Source: Marinicella sp. (GTDB lineage: Bacteria > Pseudomonadota > Gammaproteobacteria > Xanthomonadales > Marinicellaceae). Taken from it: a stretch of 64,000 bases of DNA. Under the pieces are notes generated by a model. The model ran no database searches, had not been told where the DNA came from, and saw nothing but the letters and a program-made list of their open reading frames with translations. Numbering within the stretch: the first letter of the stretch is position 1; every line of letters begins with the position of its first letter. Position numbers and translations under genes: made by a program. The stretch lies in NCBI GenBank assembly GCA_965230295.1, contig OZ246001.1, forward strand, positions 2,816,001 to 2,880,000, given 5' to 3'. Shown in pieces: positions 40,253-50,175 of this stretch.

Positions 40253-41884
40253 ATGATGAAAAAACTGTTGTTGTGCATGTTGGTTTTGGTTACGCAGGTT
40301 CAAGCCAGGAGTACCTCCAAACAAATTGATGAATTGTTGAATGGGTTGTTTGATAACAAGGGCCCTGGTGGTGTGGCACTGGTGGTCAAGGATGGCAAAA
40401 TCATTTATCGCAAGGCATTTGGGCTCGCCAATTTAGAACTGAATGTCAAGATGAAGCCAGACCACATCTTTCGCATCGGTTCTATCACCAAGCAATTCAC
40501 TGCTGTGGCCGTCATGCAATTGGTCGAAGCTGGTCAATTGGATTTGGATGCCGACATTACTGAGTACATCAAGGACTATCCCACCCATGGCCACAAAATA
40601 ACCATCAAACATTTATTGAATCACACCTCAGGCATCAAAAGTTATACAGGCATGTCCAAATGGGACAGTGAGGCGCGCAAGCGGGACTTCACCCCAACAG
40701 CGTTGATTGATTATTTCAAAGCTGAACCCATGGACTTCAGTCCAGGTGAACAATTTCGTTACAACAACTCAGGTTATGTTTTGTTGGGACACATCATCGA
40801 AGTGGTGTCTGGTGGAAGCTATGCAGAGTATATCAACAACAATATATTCAAGCCTTTGAAGATGGAGCGCTCATCCTATGGTTCCACTTCAAGAATCGTT
40901 AAAGACCGCGCTTATGGGTATGACCAAGTTGATGATACCTATAAAAATGCAGACTTCTTGAGCATGACACAGCCCTATGCCGCCGGATCATTGTTGTCCA
41001 CAGTGGATGATGTGCATACTTGGTATCAAGCCATCTTAAATGATGAACTGATCAGTGCAGAAAGTCGTGAACTGGCGCATGCCATGGGTGTACTTAATAA
41101 TGGAGAAAAAGTGGGGTATGGATTTGGTTGGAGCATTGGCAACATTCAAGGGACCCCTATGGTCGAACATGGCGGTGGTATCAATGGTTTTCTGACCGCT
41201 TCATTGGTGTTGCCAGAAGAAGATGTCTTCATTGCTGTATTCTCAAATTGTCTGTGTAATTATCCGGGTGATGTGGCCATGCAAATGGCCGGTATCGTGA
41301 TTGATAAACCTTTTGAATGGGAAAAGACCAGCCTGGAAGAATCCTTGATGGAATCTTATCAAGGGGTGTATGAAAAGACGGCTGATGATGTGCGGACATT
41401 GACTTATGTTGATGGGCAAATGTACTCATTGCGTTCTGGTGGCAGTAAGTATGCCATTCATCCTTTTGCCAAAGATCAGTTTTTCTTTGATGAAGGCACC
41501 ATGACTTTACAATTTAACCGTGATGATACCGGCCAAATCACTTCTGTGACATCAAAGAGTACAGGTCTGGATCAAACCTGGCTTTTGACTGACAAGCCAT
41601 TACCTACAGTGAATGCTGTTGCCATGGCTCCAGAGCTGTTCGCCACCTATGTGGGTAAGTATGAATTGGCGCCTGACTTTTACATCAACATATTTGCCGA
41701 AGATGAAGTCATGTATACCCGTGCCACCGGTCAGCAGAAAATTGAATTGATCGCTACATCAGACAATCAATTCACTTTGAAAGACACTGACATCAAACTC
41801 ACCCTGAACACCAATGAAAGTGGTGAAGTGTCCAGTTTGACCTTACACCAGAACGGCGATCATCAAGCCAAGAAGGTTGAGTAG
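40253..41884 (+). CDS. Serine hydrolase (class C beta-lactamase-like) with C-terminal DUF3471-like domains
   Basis: SITK (SxxK), LLNHTSG, YNN (YxN), HGGG; signal peptide. Confidence 0.9.
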   Translation: MMKKLLLCMLVLVTQVQARSTSKQIDELLNGLFDNKGPGGVALVVKDGKIIYRKAFGLANLELNVKMKPDHIFRIGSITKQFTAVAVMQLVEAGQLDLDADITEYIKDYPTHGHKITIKHLLNHTSGIKSYTGMSKWDSEARKRDFTPTALIDYFKAEPMDFSPGEQFRYNNSGYVLLGHIIEVVSGGSYAEYINNNIFKPLKMERSSYGSTSRIVKDRAYGYDQVDDTYKNADFLSMTQPYAAGSLLSTVDDVHTWYQAILNDELISAESRELAHAMGVLNNGEKVGYGFGWSIGNIQGTPMVEHGGGINGFLTASLVLPEEDVFIAVFSNCLCNYPGDVAMQMAGIVIDKPFEWEKTSLEESLMESYQGVYEKTADDVRTLTYVDGQMYSLRSGGSKYAIHPFAKDQFFFDEGTMTLQFNRDDTGQITSVTSKSTGLDQTWLLTDKPLPTVNAVAMAPELFATYVGKYELAPDFYINIFAEDEVMYTRATGQQKIELIATSDNQFTLKDTDIKLTLNTNESGEVSSLTLHQNGDHQAKKVE

Positions 41885-41897
41885 TTAATTCGCTATT

Positions 41898-41986
41898 GTC
41901 ATCCCGGACCCTGATCCGGGATCCAGCGTCTTTTGGAATGTAGGCGATATTCAAAGACACTGGATACCGGCCTTCGCCGGTATGAC
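41898..41986. repeat. Palindromic REP/RPE-like intergenic element
   Basis: GTCATCCCGGACCCTGATCCGGGATCCAG...CTGGATACCGGCCTTCGCCGGTATGAC: GTCAT/ATGAC ends with two internal hairpins. Confidence 0.7.
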
Positions 41987-42050
41987 GACCTTGGTTTAAG
42001 TATCATGATCTGTTTGATGTCTTTCAAACGCAGTCTTGAAAGAATAGATC

Positions 42051-42515
42051 TTATACCTTGAACAGGTCTCCTGCTTCATGTTGCAATAACCACTGTTTCC
42101 TTTCCAGTCCGCCAGCATAACCGGTTAAAGTGCCATTGGCCCCAATCACCCGGTGACAAGGGATGATGATGGAAATCGGGTTTTTACCATTGGCCGCCCC
42201 CACAGCACGGACAGCTTTGGGGTTGTTGATGGACTGGGCCATGTCTGAATAAGAGGCCACTTGTCCATATGCGATGGTTAACAAGGCTTGCCAAACCTGT
42301 TGTTGGAAGTCAGTGCCTTGTGGATCTAGTGGCAAATCAAAGTCTTTCCTTTGGCCAGCAAAGTAATCTGTTAACTGTTCTTTGGCCAGATCAGTGATCT
42401 TATTGGAATCGATGGGTTGGCGTTGTTCCTCAACAAAATAGACGCTGCGGATGCCTCGGTCTGTGGCCGTGATTTCTACCCAGCCTATGTCAGAATTTAA
42501 ATAATCGGTATGCAT
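42051..42515 (-). CDS. ogt: Methylated-DNA--protein-cysteine methyltransferase
   Basis: GTDFQQQVW, AVRAVGAANGKN, IPCHRV; start MHTDYL. Confidence 0.93.
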   Translation of the reverse strand: MHTDYLNSDIGWVEITATDRGIRSVYFVEEQRQPIDSNKITDLAKEQLTDYFAGQRKDFDLPLDPQGTDFQQQVWQALLTIAYGQVASYSDMAQSINNPKAVRAVGAANGKNPISIIIPCHRVIGANGTLTGYAGGLERKQWLLQHEAGDLFKV

Positions 42516-42516
42516 T

Positions 42517-43875
42517 TTATAATTGGCTCCAAAGTTGGAAGGTGAGGTAGCTGCGCCAAGGTGCAACTCGTTCTGGTTCTATGGCATGGCCTTTGATGGC
42601 TTTATCTACGCCCAAATCGCCTGCCAAAAAGATGTCGGGATCGCTCAATCCACGCAGTTTGGCATAGTTGATGGTCCAAGGCCCAATGCCTTTGATGTCG
42701 TGCCAGGTGTCTGGATCATTGGCATGTTCATGGTCAATAAAGTGGTGGGCCAAATCGCGAATCGTTTGTTTTCTGGCTCCTGGCATTTTTAAAAAATCCA
42801 GTTCACTGTTTGCAATGGCTGCTGGTGAGGGAAACCAATGTTGATCACCGCGTTGTTGCCCCAGATGTTCAACCACTTGAATGACCAGGTTTTTGGCGGC
42901 TGTTACTGAGATTTGTTGCCCCAAAATGGCCCGGATTCCAGCTTCAAAAACGGACCAGATTCCCGGGATTCTGAGACCACTGTGTAAAGTAAATCCGGAC
43001 GGTAATTGTTCTGCCAGATGGGTTTCGATGGTTTCGGTATCCGCGTCCAAGTCCAGCTGTCGCCGGATGTTGTTCAACACCCTGTGTAAATGCTTGAAAT
43101 CATGCAGTTGTAACTGAACTTCAAAAGCATTTTTCTCGGGTAAGTGTTTGGCCGTAAAGGCGCCTTGGGATTCAGCCAAAGCAAAAGTCCTGCCATAGTA
43201 ATCCGGGCCAATGGTTTCAAGTTGTGGTATCAAGCGCGCTTGCAAGAAGTTTTGTAAGCGTTGCCAGTCATAAGGTGGTCGATAAAACAATTTAATGCAG
43301 ATTTCATTGCTGGCTTGGTGACCGGTTTTACGGATTTCAGATGGCGTGAGTTTCATGGTTTTGATGAAACAATCATTGAACCGGCGCACACTGTTAAAAC
43401 CACTGGCAAATGCAATTTGATTGATGGGTAATTGGGTTTGATGTAACAACTGCTTTGCCATCAGACATTGTTGGTACAACACATAAGATTTGGGTGAAAT
43501 GCCCAGATGCTTGACGAACAGTTGCCTCAAGTACCGGTCGCTGACACCCAAATACTCAGCGAATTGATGCATCGATTGGTTTTCTAAACGGCCGGCATCA
43601 ATCAATTTGATGGCTCGTTGCAACAAGGCTTGACTGCCCATCCAAGCGGCTGATTGGGGAGCGCTGTCAGGACGGCAACGCAAACACGGTCTGAAACCTG
43701 CTGCAGCGGCTTGATAAGCCGAGGGGTAATAATCAACATTGGATTCTTTCGGTGGTGTGGCAGGGCAGATGCTGCGGCAATAAATGCCAGTGGTTTTTAC
43801 CGCAGTAAAAAAGCGGCCATCGAACCTGGCATCTCGTGATAATCTGGCTTTTCGACAAACTTCTTGACTGAGCAC
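42517..43875 (-). CDS. alkA: Ada Zn-binding/AraC + AlkA DNA-3-methyladenine glycosylase fusion
   Basis: AVKTTGIYCRSIC, GFRPCLRCRP, AraC HTH, RAILGQQISV, IKGIGPWT HhH. Confidence 0.9.
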   Translation of the reverse strand: MLSQEVCRKARLSRDARFDGRFFTAVKTTGIYCRSICPATPPKESNVDYYPSAYQAAAAGFRPCLRCRPDSAPQSAAWMGSQALLQRAIKLIDAGRLENQSMHQFAEYLGVSDRYLRQLFVKHLGISPKSYVLYQQCLMAKQLLHQTQLPINQIAFASGFNSVRRFNDCFIKTMKLTPSEIRKTGHQASNEICIKLFYRPPYDWQRLQNFLQARLIPQLETIGPDYYGRTFALAESQGAFTAKHLPEKNAFEVQLQLHDFKHLHRVLNNIRRQLDLDADTETIETHLAEQLPSGFTLHSGLRIPGIWSVFEAGIRAILGQQISVTAAKNLVIQVVEHLGQQRGDQHWFPSPAAIANSELDFLKMPGARKQTIRDLAHHFIDHEHANDPDTWHDIKGIGPWTINYAKLRGLSDPDIFLAGDLGVDKAIKGHAIEPERVAPWRSYLTFQLWSQL

Positions 43876-43963
43876 TGCTATAAATAAAATGATTGACTGG
43901 TCTTAATTGTAAGCCAAGTAAACGAATAAACCAGCCATTTTCGGAACTGAATTCGGTGGCTCT

Positions 43964-45055
43964 CTATTCGACAGATTTTGGCTGGTAGTTGATTTCTTCA
44001 GTTGTGGTAAATAATTGCCATAAACCAGGATCGATGTCTTTGAATAAAGCTTGAAAACGCAAGTTATCTGCGCTTTCATTGGTTACATTTCGGATTAAAA
44101 TTTGTTCTATTTGTTGCGGGAATTGTTGTTGTATCTTGGCATAAATTTCAGGGTCATACTCGCCACTGTCACCAACCAGGATGAATGTTCTGTTGGGATA
44201 CCTTGTTAGAATTTGTTTGATTTGTGGTGGCTTGGTTTCGGTGCTTTTGACAAACAGGTTTAACAAGCTGCTGTCCCTGAAACGAAAAGCTTTCAATGCA
44301 TAGTCTGCCATTGGAAAACCTTCTTTTTCAATGGCTGCTGAAAGGGCAGGATACAATTGCCATGGGCTTGATGAGACAAAGTGTAAAGCACCATCAGCTC
44401 GTAACCAGTGCCGGTACTTTTCAGCCATGCCTGGCACCAAAGCAAAGTCTTTGTAGAATGTGTTGTACAGCAATTGCTTGCGATCAGTCACGCTGGAAAT
44501 CTTGATGGTGTCATCAATGTCACTGATGATTGATACGCCATGCGGGTCGATTAAACTGACATGACCGGTGAATACTCGGGTATCGCCATCAGCCAATACA
44601 GCTTCAAAGGTCAGTTGAGCGGTCTTGGTGGCTGTTTGCATGACATCGGCATCCACCGATAAAACCCGTGAGAAATGACCATTTTCTGCCGATTCAGGTA
44701 TGGCATAAGTCCTGTCAGCAAAGCGGATGACAACAGTTTTACCCCGTTCATTGTCTGCCAGTAAGGCATTGACTCGATGATCAAAGTTCCGTTGATTATC
44801 GGGAGAAACCTCCAATCCATACGTGGTTTCGAGGGCCGATTGAATCAAGGCTTTTCTGACTTTAGAGTCTTCTGCTTCAAAGACCCAACCATGAATGGGC
44901 ACCTGCCATTGATTGCTGTCCTGGTTGAACCAAGCACTGGTGTTGAAGAAGACCAAGGTTTCATCAGATTTTAATTCGCTCACTGGGCCCGCCAACAATG
45001 CCTGGGTTGCCAACATGAATAGTAATGTGCCTATGAGGTTCAGTCTTTGTTGCAT
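43964..45055 (-). CDS. App1-family phosphatidate phosphatase-like protein (DUF2183)
   Basis: ISDIDDTIK, FVSSSPWQLY, LVGDSGEYDPEIY; signal peptide. Confidence 0.85.
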   Translation of the reverse strand: MQQRLNLIGTLLFMLATQALLAGPVSELKSDETLVFFNTSAWFNQDSNQWQVPIHGWVFEAEDSKVRKALIQSALETTYGLEVSPDNQRNFDHRVNALLADNERGKTVVIRFADRTYAIPESAENGHFSRVLSVDADVMQTATKTAQLTFEAVLADGDTRVFTGHVSLIDPHGVSIISDIDDTIKISSVTDRKQLLYNTFYKDFALVPGMAEKYRHWLRADGALHFVSSSPWQLYPALSAAIEKEGFPMADYALKAFRFRDSSLLNLFVKSTETKPPQIKQILTRYPNRTFILVGDSGEYDPEIYAKIQQQFPQQIEQILIRNVTNESADNLRFQALFKDIDPGLWQLFTTTEEINYQPKSVE

Positions 45056-45238
45056 GGGTTCAAAAGTTTCCAAGGTTAAATTCTGTGTTCATTATCGCAG
45101 CTTTGAGGCCAGGGTCAATCTCAGAATAGTTGAACCACTTTGCAAAATTGAGTGTAGCCATAAATTTGCCACAATAAAACATTTTATCAACACAATAATT
45201 AAATATACTGAAGACTGATTTATAACGATTGAACAGCA

Positions 45239-48200
45239 ATGAAAAAATTAGCATTAGGGTTGATATTTGGTTTCTTGATGGCTTGTGGCGGTGAAGATTC
45301 TAAGCAAGTGACACAGGAAGAAGGACAAACAAAAGGAGCGCAAGTTCAAAGCAAAGAAGGTGATTCTGACAGCCGTCAGACACAGACATTTGACTCCGCC
45401 GTCCAAGGGACCACAACTTTCAAACTGCTGAGCATCTCTGAAGGCATTTTTGAAAACACCAGTGCACTGCAAATCAATTTCAATTTGCCGGTCAAGCCAA
45501 ACCAGGACTTCGAGCAATTGATCAGAGTCACCAGTCAAGGCCAATTGGTCAAAACAGATTGGGTCTTCAGTGACAATCGGATGGCCATGTACTTTCCTTT
45601 CATTGATGCCAGTACTGAATATGAAATCAACGTCAGCCAATCTCTGAACAGTGCGGGAAACAAGATGTTGACCCAAGCTTCAAAAGTCAATTTAAAGACC
45701 CAACCTTTGAAAAAGTCCGCACGGTTTATTTCTACAGGAAACACCTTGTTGAGTACCGACGAAGACTTACCCATCGAAGCGGTTAACGTGGATGCTGTTG
45801 AACTCAAATTCTGGCGCATTAATAACCAGCACATGCATCGTTTTTTACAAAATCCCAACAAAAAAGACATATATAACCTACAAAAAATGACTGAAGTGGC
45901 TGAGCTGGTTTTCACCAATCATTACGAACTGGATGAGGTCAAGAATAAAATTGAAAGTCATAATTTACCGATAGACCAGATCCAGGCAATCAAACCTTCA
46001 GGCATTTATTTTGTCACCATGATGCCAGATGATGCTTCTTATGAATATCAATACGAATCGACCTGGTTTATCCAGACAGATCTGGGCTTACACACCCGCG
46101 TTTATCAAAGTTCGGTGGCTGTTTTCACCCACCAATTACCTGCAGCAAAAGTTTTTCCTGATGTGCAGATTCAATTGTTTGATAACAAAGGCAACGAGGT
46201 GGCCAATGCAACCACCGACCAACAAGGGTTTGCCTCCCTGGATTACAGTCAAAGCAAGCAATTGAATTTTGTGTTGGCCCAGGCTGGCGACTCGATCAAC
46301 TTGGTGAGACTGAAACAGCCCAAGTTGGACCTGTCTGAGTTTGGTTTGGCCAAACGCAGGTACCAACAACAGGAATTGTTTTTATATGCCCCAAGAGACT
46401 TGTACCGACCAGGAGAAACCGTTCATATCAACGGTTTGTTGCGTGATGAAGATGGTCAAATGGTCACCTCTACCCCGATACACGTTGACATCAGGCGGCC
46501 TGATAATCGCTTGTTTAAAACCTTCAAATGGCAAGGTGACGCATTGGCGTTTTATCAATCATCATTCACCATTCCGAGTGATGCCATGACGGGAACCTGG
46601 ACCTTCAATGCCGTGGTGGCCAACAACAACAGTTTCAACTACGAATTGCAAATCGAGGATTTCTTGCCTGAACGGTTAAAGCTGGCATTATCAACAGGCA
46701 ATGATTCAAAACAAGTGCCGGTAGAACAAGCACCCATCATCAACATCCAAAGTGATTATTTATATGGAGCTCCGGCGGCTGGTAATCGATACGATGCCAC
46801 GGTTACGGTCAGCGCTTCCACCAAACTTTTTGATACCTATGAAGACTACCACTTTGGTTCCAATCATTACACCAGTTATGACAACAACTTCACCACAGAT
46901 GCGAGTGAATTGAATGACTCCGGATTTGCCGCTTTGGCCTTGCCAATCAAATGGCAGAACACCCAATTTCCGCTGAAAATCAATACCCATGTGAATGTAT
47001 ATGAGGCGGGTGGCCGGCCTATTTCAAGAAGTGTACAACAAACCGTGTGGCCACAACCGATGGCTGTGGGTATCAAGCCCATGTGGGATGGTCGTTTTGC
47101 CAGTCCCAACAAAGCCAACGCAGTTTCATTACTGGCAGTTAACCAGGCCGGAGAACAGATCGCCCTGAAACGCGCAGAAATCATGCTGATCCAGGAAAAC
47201 CGTGAACGGTATTGGCATTGGGGCGATGATGGCTGGGGGTATCGAAACAACAGTCAGGAAGTGCCCGTATACAATGCCGTGGTCAACCTGGCACAAGACG
47301 CTGAGTCACTGGTTTCACTGCCCCTGGATTATGGCATGTACCGAGTGGAAGTTCGAACACAGGATCAGCAATTGATTTCCAGTTACCGTTTTTTCTCAGG
47401 ATGGCGTTGGTATGATCCCTACGCTTACCGGGGTGAAAAACCAGATCAAGTCAAACTGGCTTGGCAAGCCGATGATTGGGTGCCTGGTCAACAAGCTGAG
47501 CTACTGGTGACGGCACCTTATGCAGGTACCGCTTTGATCACCGTAGAAAGTGATGAACTGCTGTGGCACCAAAGCATCGAAATGTCTTCTGCAGAAGAGT
47601 TGATCAAGGTCCCAATTGACAGTCAATGGCGGCGTCATGACCTTCATGCCAGCGTCATGGTGATTCAATCCGGGTCAGGCAACAAAGACCGCAATCACCT
47701 GCCCAGGCGTTCGATGGGGGTCATTCACCTCCCACTGAATCGCAGTGACAGAAAACTGTCTATGGAATTGCAGCACCCTGAAAAAACGTTGCCTGATGAG
47801 CCGGTTCAAGTTACGGTCAAATTGACACAGTTTGATGCCAAGCAAAACACCTTTGTGACCTTGGCAGCGGTAGACACAGGGGTGTTGAATGTCAGTCAAT
47901 TCGAAACGCCTAAACCCTTTGAGTGGTTTTTTGCCAAACGCCAATACCTGCCAGCCTTACGCGATGTTTATGGTTCATTGATTGCGATGATTGAAGCCAA
48001 ACAAGCACAACAGAAATTTGGTGGTGATGCAGACATCAGCAGGGGGGGAGATGAAGCCAAGGCAGATGTTCAAATCGTCTCGATATTCACCGACAAAGTC
48101 GCCTTTGACCCAAATGGTGAAGCCAGCATCGAGCTACAGTTGCCGTATTTCAATGGTGAATTGCGTCTGATGGCAATGGCCTTCAATGAACAACAGTTTG

Positions 48201-50164
48201 CCGGTGCAGACAGCCGCATCAAAGTGGCTGCACCGATTGTGATTGAGACTTCTTTGCCCAGATTTTTAGCCAAGGGTGATCAATCAACAGCCACGATTGA
48301 ATTCCACAATACCGAAGATGAAAGTACCGAAATCAGCTATCAAATTCAGGCTGATGATGCTTTAGGTGGTGAAATCGAATCCGGGGTGAAGGCTTTAGCA
48401 GCTGATGAGAAACACATCATCCAATTACCCATATCAGGAGCGGTACACCAAGGTCAGGGCCGCATTCAAGTGGTGGCAGGTGCCCAATCTGGATTCAACA
48501 TGGATCGATCATGGTATCTGGCTTTGCGCCCAGCCATGCCAGCTGTGGTTGACCAATACAAAGCCCTTTTGAAGCCCAATGGTTCATACACCACTGATGT
48601 TGATGCATACAGTAAGTTTGATGATTTGAATCTTAAAGCTGTGATGACCATTTCAGATACGCCGGTGTTGAATCGAGAAGATCACATGTTGCAATTGTTG
48701 CAGTATCCCTATGGTTGTTTGGAGCAAACTTCGAGTCGAGCCTGGCCTTTGTTGTATGCGGAAGAAGCTGATTACCGCCTGTATGCACCAGCCAAACAAA
48801 ATGACCTTTATAACAACCGATTTAATGTGGTCAATGGTGCCATCAGTCGCTTACTGGGTATGCAATTGTACAGTGGTGGTTTTGGCTTGTGGTCTAATGA
48901 CAGCTATGAAGAAAACTGGTTGACTGTGTACGTGACTGACTTCTTGGTCCAGGCACGAAAATTAGGCTATGAAGTGCCTGAAGAACCCTTGAACAAAGCC
49001 ATCACAAGATTACAAAATTACGTCAGAAACTCAGGTCAGGTGAACTCAAATTTAGCACAATACCTCAGTCACCGAAACCACTTTGAAATTTCTTACAAAG
49101 CCTATGCCGCCTATGTATTGGCAACGATGAATCAAATCAGCTTACAAGACGTACGCCGACTGTTTGATCAATTCAGTGATCAAGCCCGCAGTCCGTTACC
49201 ACTGGCTCATTTGGCTTTGGGGCTGGAAAAATTGGGTGATGAGCGCCGAGCCACAGAAGCTTGGCAACAAACTGTGGATTTTAAATGGAACCGAAATAGA
49301 TACGAGTACTATGGCGATTATGGATCTAAAGTGAGGGACTATGCAGAGGTGGTTGCTTTGGGTACCAACAGTCAATTGCTGTCAAACTTACCACAGTCAA
49401 CATTGGATTTGATCGTCCCGTTACAAGCAGATATTGCCAACCGCAAATGGTTCTCAACCCAGGAAAGAAGCACTTTATTTAAAACTGCGAAACTGTTAAA
49501 GCTCGCATCTCCCCCCGATTCCGAGTGGTCTGTAACGGTTCAACAGGCTGATGAAGATAAAACCTACCAACAAAGTCAGGACTTGTTGAAAGTGTGGCGT
49601 GACCAACAAGCCCTCACCGGCATCAAGGTCAACAACCAAGGTGAGAAGCCGGTTTATTTGGATTTGAAATACCAAGGTTATTTGAAGCAGCATGTGGCTG
49701 AAAATAATGGCATAGTGGTCAAGAAAAAGTATTTCGATTTGAATGGCAATCATGTTGAATTGAGCGACATAAACTCAGGCGATTTTCTTTTGGTCCACTT
49801 AGAAATGTCTTTACAAGAGGAGTACAATTACTTACCTGATGCCATGGTGATTGACTTGCTACCAGCAGGTTTAGAGTTGGAAAATCAAAACCTCGATCAT
49901 GCTTTAAAACTGGATGACATCAAGGTGGATGGAAAGTATGTGCGGGATTGGGGAGGACAAACCTATCTCAAACACAGCGAATACCGCGATGATCGATTCG
50001 TGGCGGCGTTGACCTTATCCAGTTACCACAACGCCCATGTGTTTTATTTGGCCCGTGCAGTGACGCCAGGTGAATACGTCATTCCTCCTACTTTGGTAGA
50101 AGACATGTACAGACCGGAAATTCGCTCCACCAGCGATGATTTGGGCAAAATCAGCATTCAATAA
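45239..50164 (+). CDS. Bacterial alpha-2-macroglobulin lipoprotein (YfhM-like)
   Basis: Lipobox LMAC, RDLYRPGE, thioester YPYGCLEQ, DLLPAGLE, VEDMYRPE. Confidence 0.95.
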   Translation: MKKLALGLIFGFLMACGGEDSKQVTQEEGQTKGAQVQSKEGDSDSRQTQTFDSAVQGTTTFKLLSISEGIFENTSALQINFNLPVKPNQDFEQLIRVTSQGQLVKTDWVFSDNRMAMYFPFIDASTEYEINVSQSLNSAGNKMLTQASKVNLKTQPLKKSARFISTGNTLLSTDEDLPIEAVNVDAVELKFWRINNQHMHRFLQNPNKKDIYNLQKMTEVAELVFTNHYELDEVKNKIESHNLPIDQIQAIKPSGIYFVTMMPDDASYEYQYESTWFIQTDLGLHTRVYQSSVAVFTHQLPAAKVFPDVQIQLFDNKGNEVANATTDQQGFASLDYSQSKQLNFVLAQAGDSINLVRLKQPKLDLSEFGLAKRRYQQQELFLYAPRDLYRPGETVHINGLLRDEDGQMVTSTPIHVDIRRPDNRLFKTFKWQGDALAFYQSSFTIPSDAMTGTWTFNAVVANNNSFNYELQIEDFLPERLKLALSTGNDSKQVPVEQAPIINIQSDYLYGAPAAGNRYDATVTVSASTKLFDTYEDYHFGSNHYTSYDNNFTTDASELNDSGFAALALPIKWQNTQFPLKINTHVNVYEAGGRPISRSVQQTVWPQPMAVGIKPMWDGRFASPNKANAVSLLAVNQAGEQIALKRAEIMLIQENRERYWHWGDDGWGYRNNSQEVPVYNAVVNLAQDAESLVSLPLDYGMYRVEVRTQDQQLISSYRFFSGWRWYDPYAYRGEKPDQVKLAWQADDWVPGQQAELLVTAPYAGTALITVESDELLWHQSIEMSSAEELIKVPIDSQWRRHDLHASVMVIQSGSGNKDRNHLPRRSMGVIHLPLNRSDRKLSMELQHPEKTLPDEPVQVTVKLTQFDAKQNTFVTLAAVDTGVLNVSQFETPKPFEWFFAKRQYLPALRDVYGSLIAMIEAKQAQQKFGGDADISRGGDEAKADVQIVSIFTDKVAFDPNGEASIELQLPYFNGELRLMAMAFNEQQFAGADSRIKVAAPIVIETSLPRFLAKGDQSTATIEFHNTEDESTEISYQIQADDALGGEIESGVKALAADEKHIIQLPISGAVHQGQGRIQVVAGAQSGFNMDRSWYLALRPAMPAVVDQYKALLKPNGSYTTDVDAYSKFDDLNLKAVMTISDTPVLNREDHMLQLLQYPYGCLEQTSSRAWPLLYAEEADYRLYAPAKQNDLYNNRFNVVNGAISRLLGMQLYSGGFGLWSNDSYEENWLTVYVTDFLVQARKLGYEVPEEPLNKAITRLQNYVRNSGQVNSNLAQYLSHRNHFEISYKAYAAYVLATMNQISLQDVRRLFDQFSDQARSPLPLAHLALGLEKLGDERRATEAWQQTVDFKWNRNRYEYYGDYGSKVRDYAEVVALGTNSQLLSNLPQSTLDLIVPLQADIANRKWFSTQERSTLFKTAKLLKLASPPDSEWSVTVQQADEDKTYQQSQDLLKVWRDQQALTGIKVNNQGEKPVYLDLKYQGYLKQHVAENNGIVVKKKYFDLNGNHVELSDINSGDFLLVHLEMSLQEEYNYLPDAMVIDLLPAGLELENQNLDHALKLDDIKVDGKYVRDWGGQTYLKHSEYRDDRFVAALTLSSYHNAHVFYLARAVTPGEYVIPPTLVEDMYRPEIRSTSDDLGKISIQ

Positions 50165-50175
50165 GCAAGTTTGAA

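Noticed and set aside
43925-43950. Ada-type operator upstream of alkA (CCAGCCATTTTCGGAAC)
   Set aside because: Plausible from position but a single instance, not supportable from this window alone.
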